A DNA stretch of 64,000 bases, from the NCBI GenBank assembly GCA_951406725.2, contig OX597814.1:156922001-156986000 (forward strand). The letters are read 5' to 3'. The translations under genes were made by a program, and so were the position numbers. The notes below the pieces were generated by a model. It ran no database searches. It worked only from the letters and a program-made list of their open reading frames with translations, and had not been told where the DNA came from. This document shows positions 1-12,439 of this stretch, in pieces; the first letter of the stretch is position 1; each line of letters opens with the position of its first letter. This stretch comes from Octopus vulgaris (taxonomy: Eukaryota).

Positions 1-320
1 CACTCCGAGAGTGTAGTGGGTGCTTTTATGTGCCACCGGCATGTGGGCCAGTCAGGCAGTACTGGCAACGGCCATGCTCAAATGGTGTTTTTTTACATGC
101 CACCGGCAATGACCTCGCAGCACTGGCAATGACCTCGCTCGAATGTTTTTCTCACGTGTCACCGGCACAAGTGCCAGTAAGGCGATGCTGGTAATGATCA
201 CACTTGAATGGTGCTTTTTACATGCCACTGGCATGGAAGCCAGTTAGCTGCTCTGGCAACGATCATGCTCAGATGGTGCTCTTAGCGCTCCACTAGCACG
301 GATGCCAGTCATCGAATTTT
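1..320 (-). mobile_element. RTE LINE 3' UTR fragment (modular repeats), cut by window edge
   Basis: Same sequence as the 3' UTR of the RTE copies at 43.3-43.9 kb and 54.4-54.8 kb (cactccgagagtgtagtgggtgcttttatgtgccaccggc...). Confidence 0.8.
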
Positions 321-376
<56 letters not shown>

Positions 377-379
377 CAA

Positions 380-672
380 TATGCTGTGCTTGAGAAAACC
401 CATCAAGCCAAGTGAAATCATAGTCATAGCTGATATGGTGTCACATATCTGGTACCCCTACTGGTGGCATGTAAAGAGCATCATTAGAGCATTGGACCTC
501 ACAGAGGTAAAATGGCCAAGTTCTTTTTGAGTGTTGGGACACATGGAGGCAATGTGGCAGGGTTCCTTTTGAGTGTTGAACCTGACGGAGGCAAAGTAGC
601 TGAGTTCCTTTCGAGTGTTGGGCCTGATGGAGGCAAAGTGGCTGAGTTCCTTTCAAGCATTGGGCCTCACAG
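380..672 (+). mobile_element. RTE LINE ORF-end/3' UTR fragment with ~39-bp tandem subrepeats
   Basis: Starts atgctgtgcttgagaaaaccc, matching the RTE ORF end (YAVxEKT); ends in ~4 copies of gagtgttgggcctgatggaggcaaagtggctgagttccttt. Confidence 0.6.
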
Positions 673-820
673 AATATATATATATGTATGTATGTATATG
701 TATATAATATATATATATGTATGTATCTATGTATTTCTTGTATTTATAGAGTATTAAACGCTTTCAGTATGCAAATTAAGGACTCTCGTCTGTTTCTCTG
801 GAGACTGTCAGAATGATATA

Positions 821-874
821 GATGCCTCTGATGAAAACCCAGTAAGGTTTGAAAATCAATTAAGGTTGTTCATC
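821..874 (+). ncRNA. Minimal type-I hammerhead ribozyme motif (canonical core), probable Penelope-like element remnant
   Basis: cct-CTGATGA-aaacc(cagtaa)ggttt-GAAA-atcaat-TA-agg; stem I cct/agg extended by gatg/catc; 5-bp stem II. Confidence 0.65.
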
Positions 875-2084
875 ATTTCTTTCAGATGTGGAGAAATGGC
901 TAAAATTTGCCCTGTCTATAATTATACAATTTTTACATATATATGAGTGTATGTATTTGTGTTTGTGTTGTTTTTCTCCCACCAGTATTTGACAACCAGT
1001 GTTTGTTTGTTTATGTCCCCATAGAATAAGTAAGTACCAAACTTAAAAAATTAGTAGTGATGTCAATTTGTTCATCTAAATCCATCAAGACAGTGCCCCA
1101 GCATGGTCACAATCCACTGACTGAAATGAGTAAAACAGTAAAAATATAAATGAAATAGAACTAGAATAAAGTCACGCTTTCAATACATGTGTGTGTGGGT
1201 GTGTATGTGTGTGTGGCTGGCCCATATTTGAGGTTGGATAAAAAGGTGGAGCTCTTCAACTTAAGGTATAGTTAATTGATGCATAGTTGGGAGTTTCTTC
1301 TATTATCTATTTTTTAATTAGAAGGCTAGAGATTTAGTTACATCTTTATGACCAGGTTATATTTATTTTAGGGCTTGTCTTTTATCAGCACTAGTTGTGT
1401 TATCTTAGAATTGTCTGTGTGTGTGTGTTGCTTTAACTAAATCATAAAAGCATATTGTATTTTGCTTTGTTTGATAACATGTAAAGGTCTGTAATGGATT
1501 TCATGTATTCATATAAAGTGTTTCAGAAACTATTAGTGTTATGCCTGTATCTTATCTTTTCATCATGTTGATAAGATTGACACTGGCAAAGCTAGAATGT
1601 GTGCTGCCCAGAGAATCCCTTGAATCTACTAATCCCCACCCTCTTAACCCCTGTACATGCTTATAAAACTGACACAAAAGTGCTGTCTTTATAAAAGTAC
1701 CACCTAGGGCAGACTGTCCCCATCACCTCCTGCTCTCAGCTAAGCTACTGAAGATTGGTTTCAAAATTTCCTTTGCCTTAAGTCCTTTTTATTCAAAACT
1801 TTTTATCTAAAACTTGCTTTTTATGCTTAATCTATTATCTATAGTTGATCTATTAACAGCAAACAACAACTCTGACAATATTTGACCGCAAAATTCAGGA
1901 AAACAGAACTAAGTATTGGTGGGGGAAAAAAACCCATTTAGTTCACTGATTTATTCATTCTACTACTCCATAACTTTCAAAGTTTTCACTAATATTCTAG
2001 ACATTTCAAAAGAGCAGAAGAATTGTAGAACTAGTAAAACATGACAGTGAACCCAATGCTGTTCAGTTTCATCCCTCTATGTTC

Positions 2085-2602
2085 ATGAATTACCTTTGCA
2101 ATTTGATAAATTCAGAAAAATATGATAAGTTAGGACAATTCAGCAAAGTTTACTGGAAAATACAGGCAAACAAATAAAGTTTTATTTGAAACATCAGAAC
2201 ACTCCTGTTTGGATTTCATTGGTTGTCTGCAACACATCTAGATGATGCTAAGTATTTGACCATGTACATGGGCACATCCCTTCATCACTGTTGGATATGG
2301 TTTGGCATATTTTTTCTTGGGATAACTGAGGTCTTGAATTTTTGTACGGTAAACTTTGCCTTTAATTTATCTCCAAAAGAAGTCTAAAGGGGTTATATTT
2401 GGTGACCTAGGTGGCCAGTTGTACTACTTATTCCAATCCACCGGTTTGGGAAAGTTTTTCTAAGAAACTCTCAAATACTGAACTCCAATGGGTTGGCACA
2501 CCATCTTGCAAGTGGTGCAACTGTAGTACTTTAAATTCTTATAAATGACCAAAGTATGTGTTGGAAGTAATCCTTGCAAAGATAATTTATGAATACCCTG
2601 TA
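2085..2602 (-). mobile_element. Decayed Tc1/mariner-superfamily transposase C-terminal part
   Basis: Minus strand reads QDG-x-P-x-H then WPPRSPNITPLDFFW...KVYRTK, with stops and frameshifts. Confidence 0.7.
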
Positions 2603-2769
2603 TACTGTAAATTCTTAGCAGTTCAGCTTTTCTCCACATTCTTTAAGTGTTTTTTAAAATAAATAATAATGATATACTGAGATCAATTCAATATACTCTT
2701 CCCCTCTAAACTTATGGCTTTGTGTGAAGAAATCATTATCATAGTTACTTCACCTCTCTGTCACAATAG

Positions 2770-2985
2770 TTCTTTCTGTTATAGGCACAAAGCCTGAAAT
2801 TTTGGTGGGAGGGATCTAGTTGATTACATTGACCCCCAGTGCTTGATTGGAAGTTATTTTATCAACCTTGAAAGGATGAAAGGTAAATCGATCTCAGCAG
2901 AATTTGAACTCAGAATGTAAAATTGAAAGAAAAACTACTAAGTGTTTTGTCCTGCAAACTAATGATTCTGCCAGCTCACCATTTT
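2770..2985 (-). mobile_element. tRNA-derived SINE family B
   Basis: B-box-like gagttcaaattc followed by cctttcatccttt...gataaa; many copies in window. Confidence 0.75.
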
Positions 2986-4266
2986 ACTCCCTGTCACAAT
3001 AACGTGCCAAGTAAAAGAGGTTGTTGATACATCAGAGAAACAAATTGATATCTTTGTTTCAGTGTAATTAGCACCATTAATGCCATCAGAATAGATATAA
3101 TTGATAAAAAAAAAGAATGTCTTTTTTTAGCCTTTTTAGAATTAATGCGCTTCATGCCATCTAAAAACAAAAAGTCACATGTTAGGAGGGGGTGCATGTG
3201 CATGTGAAATGAACAAAGTTATGCAGTGTTAAATTCTCACTGAGCTATGAATGGCCTGGTTTTGAATCATAATTAGAACAATTTCAGTTATGTTGTTAAT
3301 TCCCCTGATAGCGTGATTCAGTTCCTAACTCCCATGCAACCTTAAAATCAATATATATTCACACACACACACACACATACATACATACAAGCTTACATGC
3401 TTACGTGCATACATGCATGAACACATGTGCATACATACATGCATGCTGAACTACAAGATTCATTTGGTGAAGCAGAAATGACTGTAGATGATTGATACCA
3501 AAACTTGTGCATAACATTTTGCTTTTAATTATTAATTCATAGCATTGACATAAGGCTTTTAGTTTGGGATAGAATATAGTCACTTAAATTGTTTCTAGTT
3601 CCTAATGGTTAATCTATTTTATTGAATCTAGTAGAAAAAAAGCAGCATTTGAACTCAGAATGCAAAAATCACCACTAAATACCAAAAGGTACTTTTACTA
3701 ACATTAATGATCCCAACTATTAAATAACCAAGTACAAAGAAGAGAGGTTGTACCTTTAGCATCTTAATGCTAGTGAGGTCAGTGGACTTGATGTTCATAT
3801 TGAATATTTGCAAGTTGCCTTCTAAAGTATGGAAATGGGCAAGAAAGACAATAAAAATAGATAGATGTAGATGCTTTAGATGAATTTAGGTGAGAGTGAT
3901 ATAGGACTTGTTTGATCAGAATAGCAAAAGCTTGATGGTACCATGTTAAAAGCACCCAGTACACTCTGTAAAGTGGTTGGTATTAGGAAGGGCATCCAGC
4001 TCTAGAAACCAAGCCAAAACGGACTTATGGAACCTGGTGTGGACCCTAACCTGCCAGCTCTTGTCAAACCATTTTGCCCATGCCAGCATGCAAAGAAGAT
4101 TATGATGACAACGATGATGATGATGGTTTTAGTAATCAAAAATGAATTATAATACAAGGAAAAGACAGTACATTGGCAGGGTACTCTTGTACTTTTTAGA
4201 TACATAAATACACTCATAGACAGACAGATAGACAGACACATGCACATACATAAACACACATGCATG

Positions 4267-4297
<31 letters not shown>

Positions 4298-4374
4298 ACA
4301 CACAAGTACAGCTCATGCCAGCAAGGAAAATGAATGTTAAAGGATGATGATGATGATGATGATATATAAGTATA

Positions 4375-4742
4375 CACAAGGCTTTGGTTGACTTGGGATT
4401 ATAACAATAGGCACTTGTTGCCAAGGTGTGATGCAGTTGCCAAGGTGTGATGCTGTTGCCAAGGTGTGATGCAGTTGCCAAGGTGTGATGCAGTTGTCAA
4501 GGTGTGATGCAGTTGCCTAGGTGTGATGTAGTTGCCAAGGTGTGAAAGCACCTGTTGCCAATGTGTGATGTTGCCAAGGTATGATGCCAAGGTGTGTTGC
4601 CAAGATGTGATGTCAAGGTGTGATGCACTTGTTGACAAGGTGTGACGCTGATACTTGTTGCCAAGGTGTGATGCTGATACTTGTTGCCAAGGTGTGATGC
4701 AACCTCGTTGTTAGGAAGCAAATTTCTTAACCATGCAGCCAT
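4375..4742 (-). repeat. SINE A head remnant containing a ~17-bp minisatellite (ttgccaaggtgtgatgcag)
   Basis: About 15 degenerate units at 4417-4700, flanked on both sides by SINE A sequence. Confidence 0.8.
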
Positions 4743-5097
4743 TTGTATTTTTAAAAATTGATTGAAAGAAAAATAAAGTTTACCCTGTAAAATTTGAATT
4801 CATCTATGTAAAATGATGATCTAGTTTAGAGTTCCATAAACCATTCCAGGAAGTAATTTTATTTAATTAAAAATTTCTTGGTTCACTACACTGAATATAT
4901 TAGCACCAACTATATTACATAATCAGTTTGACTTTGTGTACTCAACATCATCATGCCCAAAACTCATAACATTCAAACTATGGTTTGACACTGAGAAAAT
5001 TATTTGTCTTCTTATTTCCATATATGGTGATAGTTTTTTTTTTGTTTTCTCTGTAAATTTTTGTCATGCTTAGTGGCAAGACAGGATATCGTCTATT

Positions 5098-5494
5098 AGA
5101 GTGGCTGTGTGGTAAGTAGCTTGCTTACCAACCACATGGTTCTGGGTTCAGTCCCACTGCGTGGCACCTTGGGCAAGTGTCTTCTATAGCCTTGGGCTGA
5201 CCAAAGCCTTGTGAGTGGATTTGGTAGACGGAAACTGAAAGAAGCCCGTCGTATATATATATGTATATATATATGTGCGTATGTGTTTGTGTGTCTGTGT
5301 TTGTCCCCCTAGCATTGCTTGACAACCGATGCTGGTGTGTTTATGTCCCCGTCACTTAGCGGTTTGGCAAAAGAGACCGAAAGAATAAGTACTGGGCTTA
5401 CAAAGAATAAGTCCCAGGGTCGAGTTGCTCGATTAAAGGTGGTGTTCCAGCATGGCCACAGTCAAATGACTGAAACAAGTAAAAGAGAGAGAGT
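5098..5494 (+). mobile_element. Full-length tRNA-derived SINE family A with central (TA)/(TG) microsatellite
   Basis: A-box-like tggctgtgtggt, B-box-like gggttcagtccc, tail ...cagtcaaatgactgaaacaagtaaaagag; near-identical copies at 9.3, 16.6, 29.0, 46.1 and 62.4 kb. Confidence 0.9.
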
Positions 5495-5495
5495 A

Positions 5496-5690
5496 TTCGA
5501 CAAAATGGAAACGATGTTACTCCAGAGGATATCAAGGCAGATGCATTGGAACAGCGACACTGACTCCTGGGGCTTGCACTTGCAGATAGTCATCTCTGCC
5601 CCAATAGCAGTGAGCAGGTATATAGTCTGGGAGCTGAGATCATTGGAGGTCTCCACTACCACAGGCTCAACCGGTCTATTGATTTCCAAC
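5496..5690 (-). mobile_element. Remnant of restriction-like endonuclease C-terminus of a CRE/R2-group non-LTR element
   Basis: EPVVVETS..L...TIYLLTAIG......PQES..LFQCICLDILWSN resembles the P-x-x-x-ET-x-G...RE...LFQR-x-x-x-x-x-x-RGN pattern. Confidence 0.55.
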
Positions 5691-6014
5691 AAAAGCATAA
5701 GGCAACAAAACTGGAAAGACAGATATCATCTCCAGTACTTCAGTGGTCTTTATGTTATTGATTCTGGAAAGATGAAACTCAAAGTCAACTCTGGCAAGAT
5801 CTGGATTCCCAATGTAAAAAGGTGTAATTAAATACTACAAGGCATTTGGTCCAACGTTATTTCTGCCATTTCTATCTTTTTTGACAAGATATAATATTGA
5901 AAAGATGATGTTTAAGTCGTATATTGTTAATCTTCATAAATGTTTGTGTACATCTTATGTGTATATGCATAATTTCCTGTGAGTTTCTATGCTATGGAAG
6001 GGATTAAGAGGGAG

Positions 6015-6056
<42 letters not shown>

Positions 6057-6369
6057 ATAGCAAAAGTAGCAGAGATGTAAAGAGAATAAAAGTTGGGCTT
6101 AACAGCTGTGGTAGTCATTTAAAATGATTGACACCTCCTACTTGCGATATCCAGTCTTCATATTCTAGTATTATATTCTATGAGGCTAATAGCAGTTGAA
6201 GTAGAATGTTTGGAGGTGGGAAATAATTTAATACACTTTATTTCTATAACTGTACTACAAGCAAGCAACAAAAGTCAGTTGTTGCTATTGTTGTTTAGCT
6301 TCAGGTTAATTCTGATTGAGCAGTGATGAAAGGCATTTCACCAAGGCTATGCTATTTTTTTACCTATAT

Positions 6370-6785
6370 GCAGGTAAGAGCACCATCCGAGTGCGATAGT
6401 TGCCAAAGAGCACCATCCAAGCGTGATTGTTGCCAAAGAGCACCATCCAAGCGTGATCATTGCCAGAGTAGCTATCTGGCCTCCGTGCTGGTGGCACGTA
6501 AAAGACACCATTCGAGCATGATCATTACCAGCATCACCTTACTGGCACCTGTGCCGGTGGCATGTGTAAAAGATTCGAGTGAGGTCATCGCCAGTACCAC
6601 CTGACTGATCCTGTGCCAGTGGCATGCAAAAGCACCCACTACACTCTTGGAGTGGTTGGCGTTAGGAAGGGCATCCAGCTGTAGAAACTCTGCCAGATCA
6701 AGATTGAAGCCTGGTGTAGCCATCTGGTTTGCCAGCCCTCAGTCATTCGTCCAACCCATGATAACATGGAAAGCGGACGTTAAAC

Positions 6786-6828
<43 letters not shown>
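6370..6828 (+). mobile_element. RTE LINE 3' UTR-only insertion ending in (GAT)n
   Basis: Modular tggcacgtaaaagcacc repeats, gttggcgttaggaagggcatccagc, then ggacgttaaacgatgatgat tail. Confidence 0.85.
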
Positions 6829-7139
6829 CAGGGAATCCAGGACCATATGATCTACTGTTTCCTTTCATTAAAATGGTTGTGTGATCTGAGGTAGATTTGG
6901 CAGCTATTTCTAGCATATTGAACGACCATATAGAGGTATTTTAGTTGGTTCAGCCAAAAGCTACTTGTCAGTGACAATTCATCACTGTATAGCATTGATG
7001 CAATGCTAATAGTAAAAGACATAACTGTCAAGTAGTTAAATATTGATATTTTACAGGATCGTAAGATCTAAAAGTCAAAACGAACTTTTGTAATGATTAT
7101 ACCATTTCCCATTTCTGTTATATCAATATTATAAAGAAA

Positions 7140-7535
7140 CTAGTAGTATAGCCCAGTGTTGCTCAGGTTTGTTTTCTTTTCGACCCTTTAGAATTGGAAT
7201 TTTTGAAAAGTAAAAATTTTGCATTATGTAGCTTGTTATACTCCTTAAGTGAACATTTTTCTGGTTGAAATACACCAACAAATGGCGACACAGCAGTAAA
7301 AAAATCGTGAAAAATAGGGATTTTCATAGAAAAAAAGCACCTTTTTGATGTAAATAATTTTTAGTCTTAACATGGTCCGATTTGAAATTTTTCTTCTACA
7401 GAATGAAGAGCAAGCCTTCTTCTATCATACTCTCAATTTTGGTCAACTTGTGCTGCAGGGTCTTGGAGGAGATAGTGTTAGTTGAAGGCTACCAAACCTG
7501 CCACACACAGACAACTTCAGCTTTATATATAAAGA
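7140..7535 (-). mobile_element. Non-autonomous Helitron-like element
   Basis: On minus strand begins A|TC (tctttatatataaagc) and ends CTAG|T, with an eroded GC hairpin just upstream of CTAG. Confidence 0.65.
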
Positions 7536-7690
7536 TTTACCTTTTTTTTCATTCATCAGCATTTTTTTTATGTGGCACAGGTCTTACCACTCGTTAGAGT
7601 CCTTTATTGCCTCTTGTTTGAGGCCCAACATCCTAAGATCAAACTTCACTACTCCTTCCCATGACTTTATCTTCACCATAGAATAATTAG

Positions 7691-7897
7691 CCCTTTTGTT
7701 ACCAATCTGCCAGATCTCCACCTCTGGCACTATGATACAAGCTTTGTTTTTGAATAATCTAAATTAAAACCTGTCAAAATTTCATGCCCAAGACACCGTT
7801 TTAATAACAACATTGTTATTTTACAAAAATCTTTATTGTTTTCAAAATTAATTTAAATAAAATTGCATATTTTAACAGAAATATGGTAACAAAAGGG
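7691..7897. mobile_element. piggyBac-like MITE
   Basis: Perfect 14-bp terminal inverted repeat (TIR) cccttttgttacca/tggtaacaaaaggg, flanked by degenerate TTAA (ttag / tttaa). Confidence 0.6.
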
Positions 7898-8532
7898 TTT
7901 AAACATAAATTTAGTTTGACAAACCTCATAAACATGTTATTCATGTGGAGTCGATACAGTTAATAGTATCAACCTTATAATTTCATTGGTACTTACTTTA
8001 TTCCTTTTAGAAAGATGACAAAGTCAACATTAGCAGGATTTGAACTCCTAACACTTAAGTGGAAAGAATCTTAAACATAATATCACCTTGATTATTAATT
8101 ACTTTCTCAAGTGAGATAGGCACAGGAATAGCCACATGGTTAAGAAGTTTGCATCGTAACCATGTGGTTCTGGATTTGATTCCACTGAATAGCATTTTTG
8201 GCAGGTGTCTTCTACTATGGTTTTAGGTCAACCAAAGAGTTAAGAATTAAATATGGAAGATGGAAATGACATGGAAGCCAGTTGGAGAGTTCGTTTCTGT
8301 CCTTGAGTGGTAAGCTTAGGACTTGTGATATGGGTAAGTTTAATACAATACTTCTGCTGCAAGAATTTGGTCTCGCAGTAATTTTCATGGATATTGCCCT
8401 TCTTTTTCTGACTAAAACAGTGAGAAAAAATAAAATAAAAATCTGTTAGCAGGCATGACTGTGTGATTAAGAAGCTCAGTTTATAACCTTTGCATGACAA
8501 CTTGGACAAGGGTCTTCAACTATAAAACTAAA

Positions 8533-8740
8533 CTTTAAAACTAAACTGGATCTCTTCTTGTCAGATGAACCTACCTCTTGGCAGGAAACACCGATGCAAG
8601 CAGCGGCGTTGAACTCCCTTGTTGACCAAGTGCCATGTATCAGAGGGGGTTTCACATAATAGTGTAGCTCATTCAACGGTGGTGCCCCAGCATGGCTGCA
8701 GCTTTTGGGCTGAAATATTTTTAAGGATTTAAGGATTTAT
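8533..8740 (+). mobile_element. 3' end of CR1-group LINE
   Basis: KTKLDLFLS.DEPTSWQE...AAALNSL; 3' end ggtggtgccccagcatggctgcag...ctgaaa and (ttaagga) tail; related copy at 20.25 kb. Confidence 0.7.
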
Positions 8741-8802
8741 AAGCCTGGTCATACTAATGCCTTATCAGTGAATCTATTGATGGAAATTGTGTGGAAACCT
8801 GT

Positions 8803-8880
<78 letters not shown>

Positions 8881-9340
8881 TGTGTGTGTGTTTGTCCACC
8901 CTTCTCACTGTTTTACAATGGGTGTCAGTTTGTTCACATCACTGTAACAGTGGTTTGGCAAAAGAGACAGACAGAATAAGTATCAGTCTTAGGAAAAAAA
9001 AGAAAGAAGCTAAGTACTGAGGCTGATTAGTTTGACTAAAACCCTTCAAGGGGTTACTACATCATGGTTGGAACCCAATGAGTGACTTAAGTAAAAAATA
9101 TAAGATTCCACAATGTAGACCATTATATCCAGCTTGAGAATAGTTAAATATTAATTTTGTAATTAAGGGAAATTTTCAAAGGAGAATAAGACTGTATAAT
9201 TTTCATGCTTGTCTCATCTGCATTTTATATGAATGACTTTTGTTTCCTCTCTGATCTTTAGGAGAAATAACAAATATAATAAATACTTAATTTTTCCTAT
9301 AAGCACAAGCCAATATCTTTTGAGGGAAAAAAACTGTCGT

Positions 9341-9743
9341 GTATTCTTTTATTTGTTTCAGTTATTTGACTGCAGCCATGCTGGAGCACCACCTTTAGTC
9401 AAACAAATCGACCCCAGGATTTATTATTTGTAAGCTTAGTACTTATTCTATTGGTCTCTTTTGCTGAACCGCTAAGTTATGGGGATGTAAATACATCAAC
9501 ATCGGCTGTCAAGTGATGGTAGGGGACAAACACAGACACACAAACATATACAAACACACACATGCACACACACATATATACGATGGGCTTCTTTCAGTTT
9601 CCGTCTACCAAATCCACCCACAAGGCTTTGATCAGCCTGAGGCTATAGTAGAAGACACTTGCTCAAGGTGCCATACAGTGGGACTGAACCTGGAACCATG
9701 TGGTTGGTAAGCAAGCTACTTACCACACAGCCACTCCTGTGCC
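9341..9743 (-). mobile_element. SINE family A, full length
   Basis: Reverse complement of the 5098-5494 sequence. Confidence 0.9.
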
Positions 9744-9766
9744 TTGATCCCAGTAACGTACTGGTG

Positions 9767-10066
9767 TGAGAGCACATGGACTAGTGGAGAGGGTGTTGCA
9801 CTCCCAATCATGAGATCACGGGCTTGATTCCTAGATCAGGTAGTGCATTGTGCTCTTGAGCAAAACACTACATTTCACATTGCTCTGCAATCACTTCAAC
9901 ATCTGACATGTGGTACACCATACATCTGTTCAGGCAATGTCGATTTGATGGAGGAAGTGAGCTAATGTACAACACAAACATTTGATCACTATAAACAAAT
10001 CATTTGTGCAGGTTGATCAGCAAGAAATTGTAGAACCATCTTTCTCATATTGAGAAACTGCCATCT
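9767..10066 (+). mobile_element. tRNA-derived SINE family C
   Basis: tRNA-like head then ttgtgctcttgagcaaaacact; second copy at 60294-60600. Confidence 0.7.
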
Positions 10067-10184
10067 ATCAACTGGTATCTATTTTATTGACCCCTACAAA
10101 AAAAAAAAAGAAAGAAAAAGAAAAAGGGAAAACGAGAGGCGTGAGACAAAAAATGGAAATGGATGTGTCTCTCATTACTAAATA

Positions 10185-10580
10185 TTCTTTTCTACTCAAG
10201 GTCCAAAATTTTTGAGGAGGGGACCAATTGATTAGATCAACCCCAGTATGCAACTGGTATTTAATTTATCGACCCCAAAAGGATGAACGGCAAAGTCGGC
10301 CTTGGTGGAATTTGAACTCAGAACATAAAGGACAGACGAAATACCTATTTCTTTACTACCCACAAGAGGGTACAAACAGAGGGGACAAACAAGGACAGAC
10401 AAATGAATTAAGTCGATTATATTGACCCCAGTGCGTAACTGGTACTTATTTAATCGACCCCGAAAGGATGAAAGGCAAAGTTGACCTCGGCAGAATTTGA
10501 ACTCAGAACGTAGCAGCAGACGAAATACCGCTAAGCATTTCGCCCGGTGTGCTAACCAGTGTGCCAGCTCATCGCCTTAC
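10185..10580 (-). mobile_element. SINE family B, composite copy with internal duplication
   Basis: Block accccagt...tcgacccc..aaaggatgaa.ggcaaagt.g.cct.gg..gaatttgaactcagaac occurs twice (~10240 and ~10424). Confidence 0.85.
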
Positions 10581-12439
10581 TCACTACTAAATATTGCAAA
10601 GAAATTTGCTCAACCCAGTAATGAATCAGCTAATCCACTGCACTCTTAGATAATGAAATATTTGCACTATTCTTCATTGTCTCTTTTACCATTTTAACAG
10701 AAGAGATCTTGCGTACAATTCATGGCAGTGATATGCAATGTTAGTTCTAGATTCTCTCCTGAGGATTTACCATTCTGATTCAGTGGCAAAATATGATAAC
10801 TGTCAACAATCTGCTTAATTCAATATGTCGTTTCAATGCAATTTTAATCAATTTAGTTTCATTTATTTCACTCACAAAATGACAATAATGTACAAACAAA
10901 CAAACAAAGCAGAAAATAAAACATTCATTAAAGACCAAAGTTGGTGGCAGCACATTAAGGACCCTTGTGATTCTTATAATTCAACAACAATAGCAACAGC
11001 AAATAAAATGATGTTGATGATGACGATGGCAATAATAACAGTGTTTAAATTTTGGCACAAGGCTAGCAATTTTAAAGGGAGGGGACCAGTTGATCACCAC
11101 AAACCCAGTATTTGATTGGTACTAAAGGTTATTAGCCCCAAGGGAATGAAAGGTAAAAATGAAGCTCTGTTGCAGAAAAGAGTTGGAAGAAAAGCTGTTG
11201 AGCATTTTGCCCAGTGTAGTAATGGTTCAACCAGCTTGCTGCCTTAATAACAACAACAACAATGATGACCATGGCAACGACGATGATGATGATAGTGACG
11301 ACGACGACAACGACGATGATGAAGATCATCATCATCATCATCATCATCATCATTATCATTCCTATGAATGTTTGAAGGAGAGGATTAAGAAAAATAAAAA
11401 TAATCATAAATAAATAGCTAGATAAAGGAAAATGAGTTAGGCAAACGTTAATGCTTCGTTAATTTTCTATGCTTCAACATATTAAGTGAAATATTGAAAT
11501 TCATTGTAAAGTTTACTATCTCATAACAAAATGTTGAGTCATCAAGCAGAGGAATACTAGATTTAGCATGGTATTGCTCCAAATGTTGTGTACCAAGTAT
11601 TTCATAATCCATTCTGGAAGGGGATTAAAATAGATCAACATAGAGCTAGAAGTGATCTGTGTCCTCCATCCTTTGTAACTATTGGAAACAATAAATTACA
11701 GGAATTGGTTTCCAGGTCAGCATATCAAGGCAATGACAAACAACCACATAATGTATAAGTTATTGCTGTTTGTGTTGTTGTTGGTGGTGTTGTTAAGTCC
11801 CAGATCTGCTCTGACTAAACAAATTCATTTATCTTTGATCATATTTTAGATTGGCATTTCACTTTGTTGAAAGATCTATTTAAAAATTTCTCAATACCTT
11901 AAAACCTCCTAATATAATAATGAGCATAACGTTTATATATATTTGCATATATATATATATTTGTACAGAATCACACTGGACATGGAGGAGGAGAGAAGAT
12001 AGTAATTCAGTGAAGGAAAAGTAGTGAGAGTAATAGCTCTCACTGAGAGGGAGTAAGAGAAAGTAACAGCAATGAAAGAAAGGAAGGTGTGATAGATGAA
12101 GAAGGAAGTAGTGAAAAAAAATCAGCATTTCAACTCTGTGTGAGTATATGTGTATGTGTGTGTGCATGTACAAGGGAAGTATGTGAATGCTTGTATGTGT
12201 GATTATTTTGTACCTTATTTATATATAAAATACTACAATTAGCCATCATTATTGATGGCATGTGGTCAGCTAGTAATTATTAAGAATGAAACAAACAAAA
12301 TAAATTTCCTTTCATGTTTGTAAGATTAAAGCTTCTAATTTCATCATTAAAAGTCAGCAAGTTTCTCTCTGGTGTAGTGATATCATAGCCAATCAGTCTA
12401 TGGCAGTCATGTGGTTCAGTTCTCATGGGTGACTGTTAA

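Noticed and set aside
5098-5170. tRNA gene
   Set aside because: A/B-box head of a SINE with no full cloverleaf; the same holds for other SINE heads.
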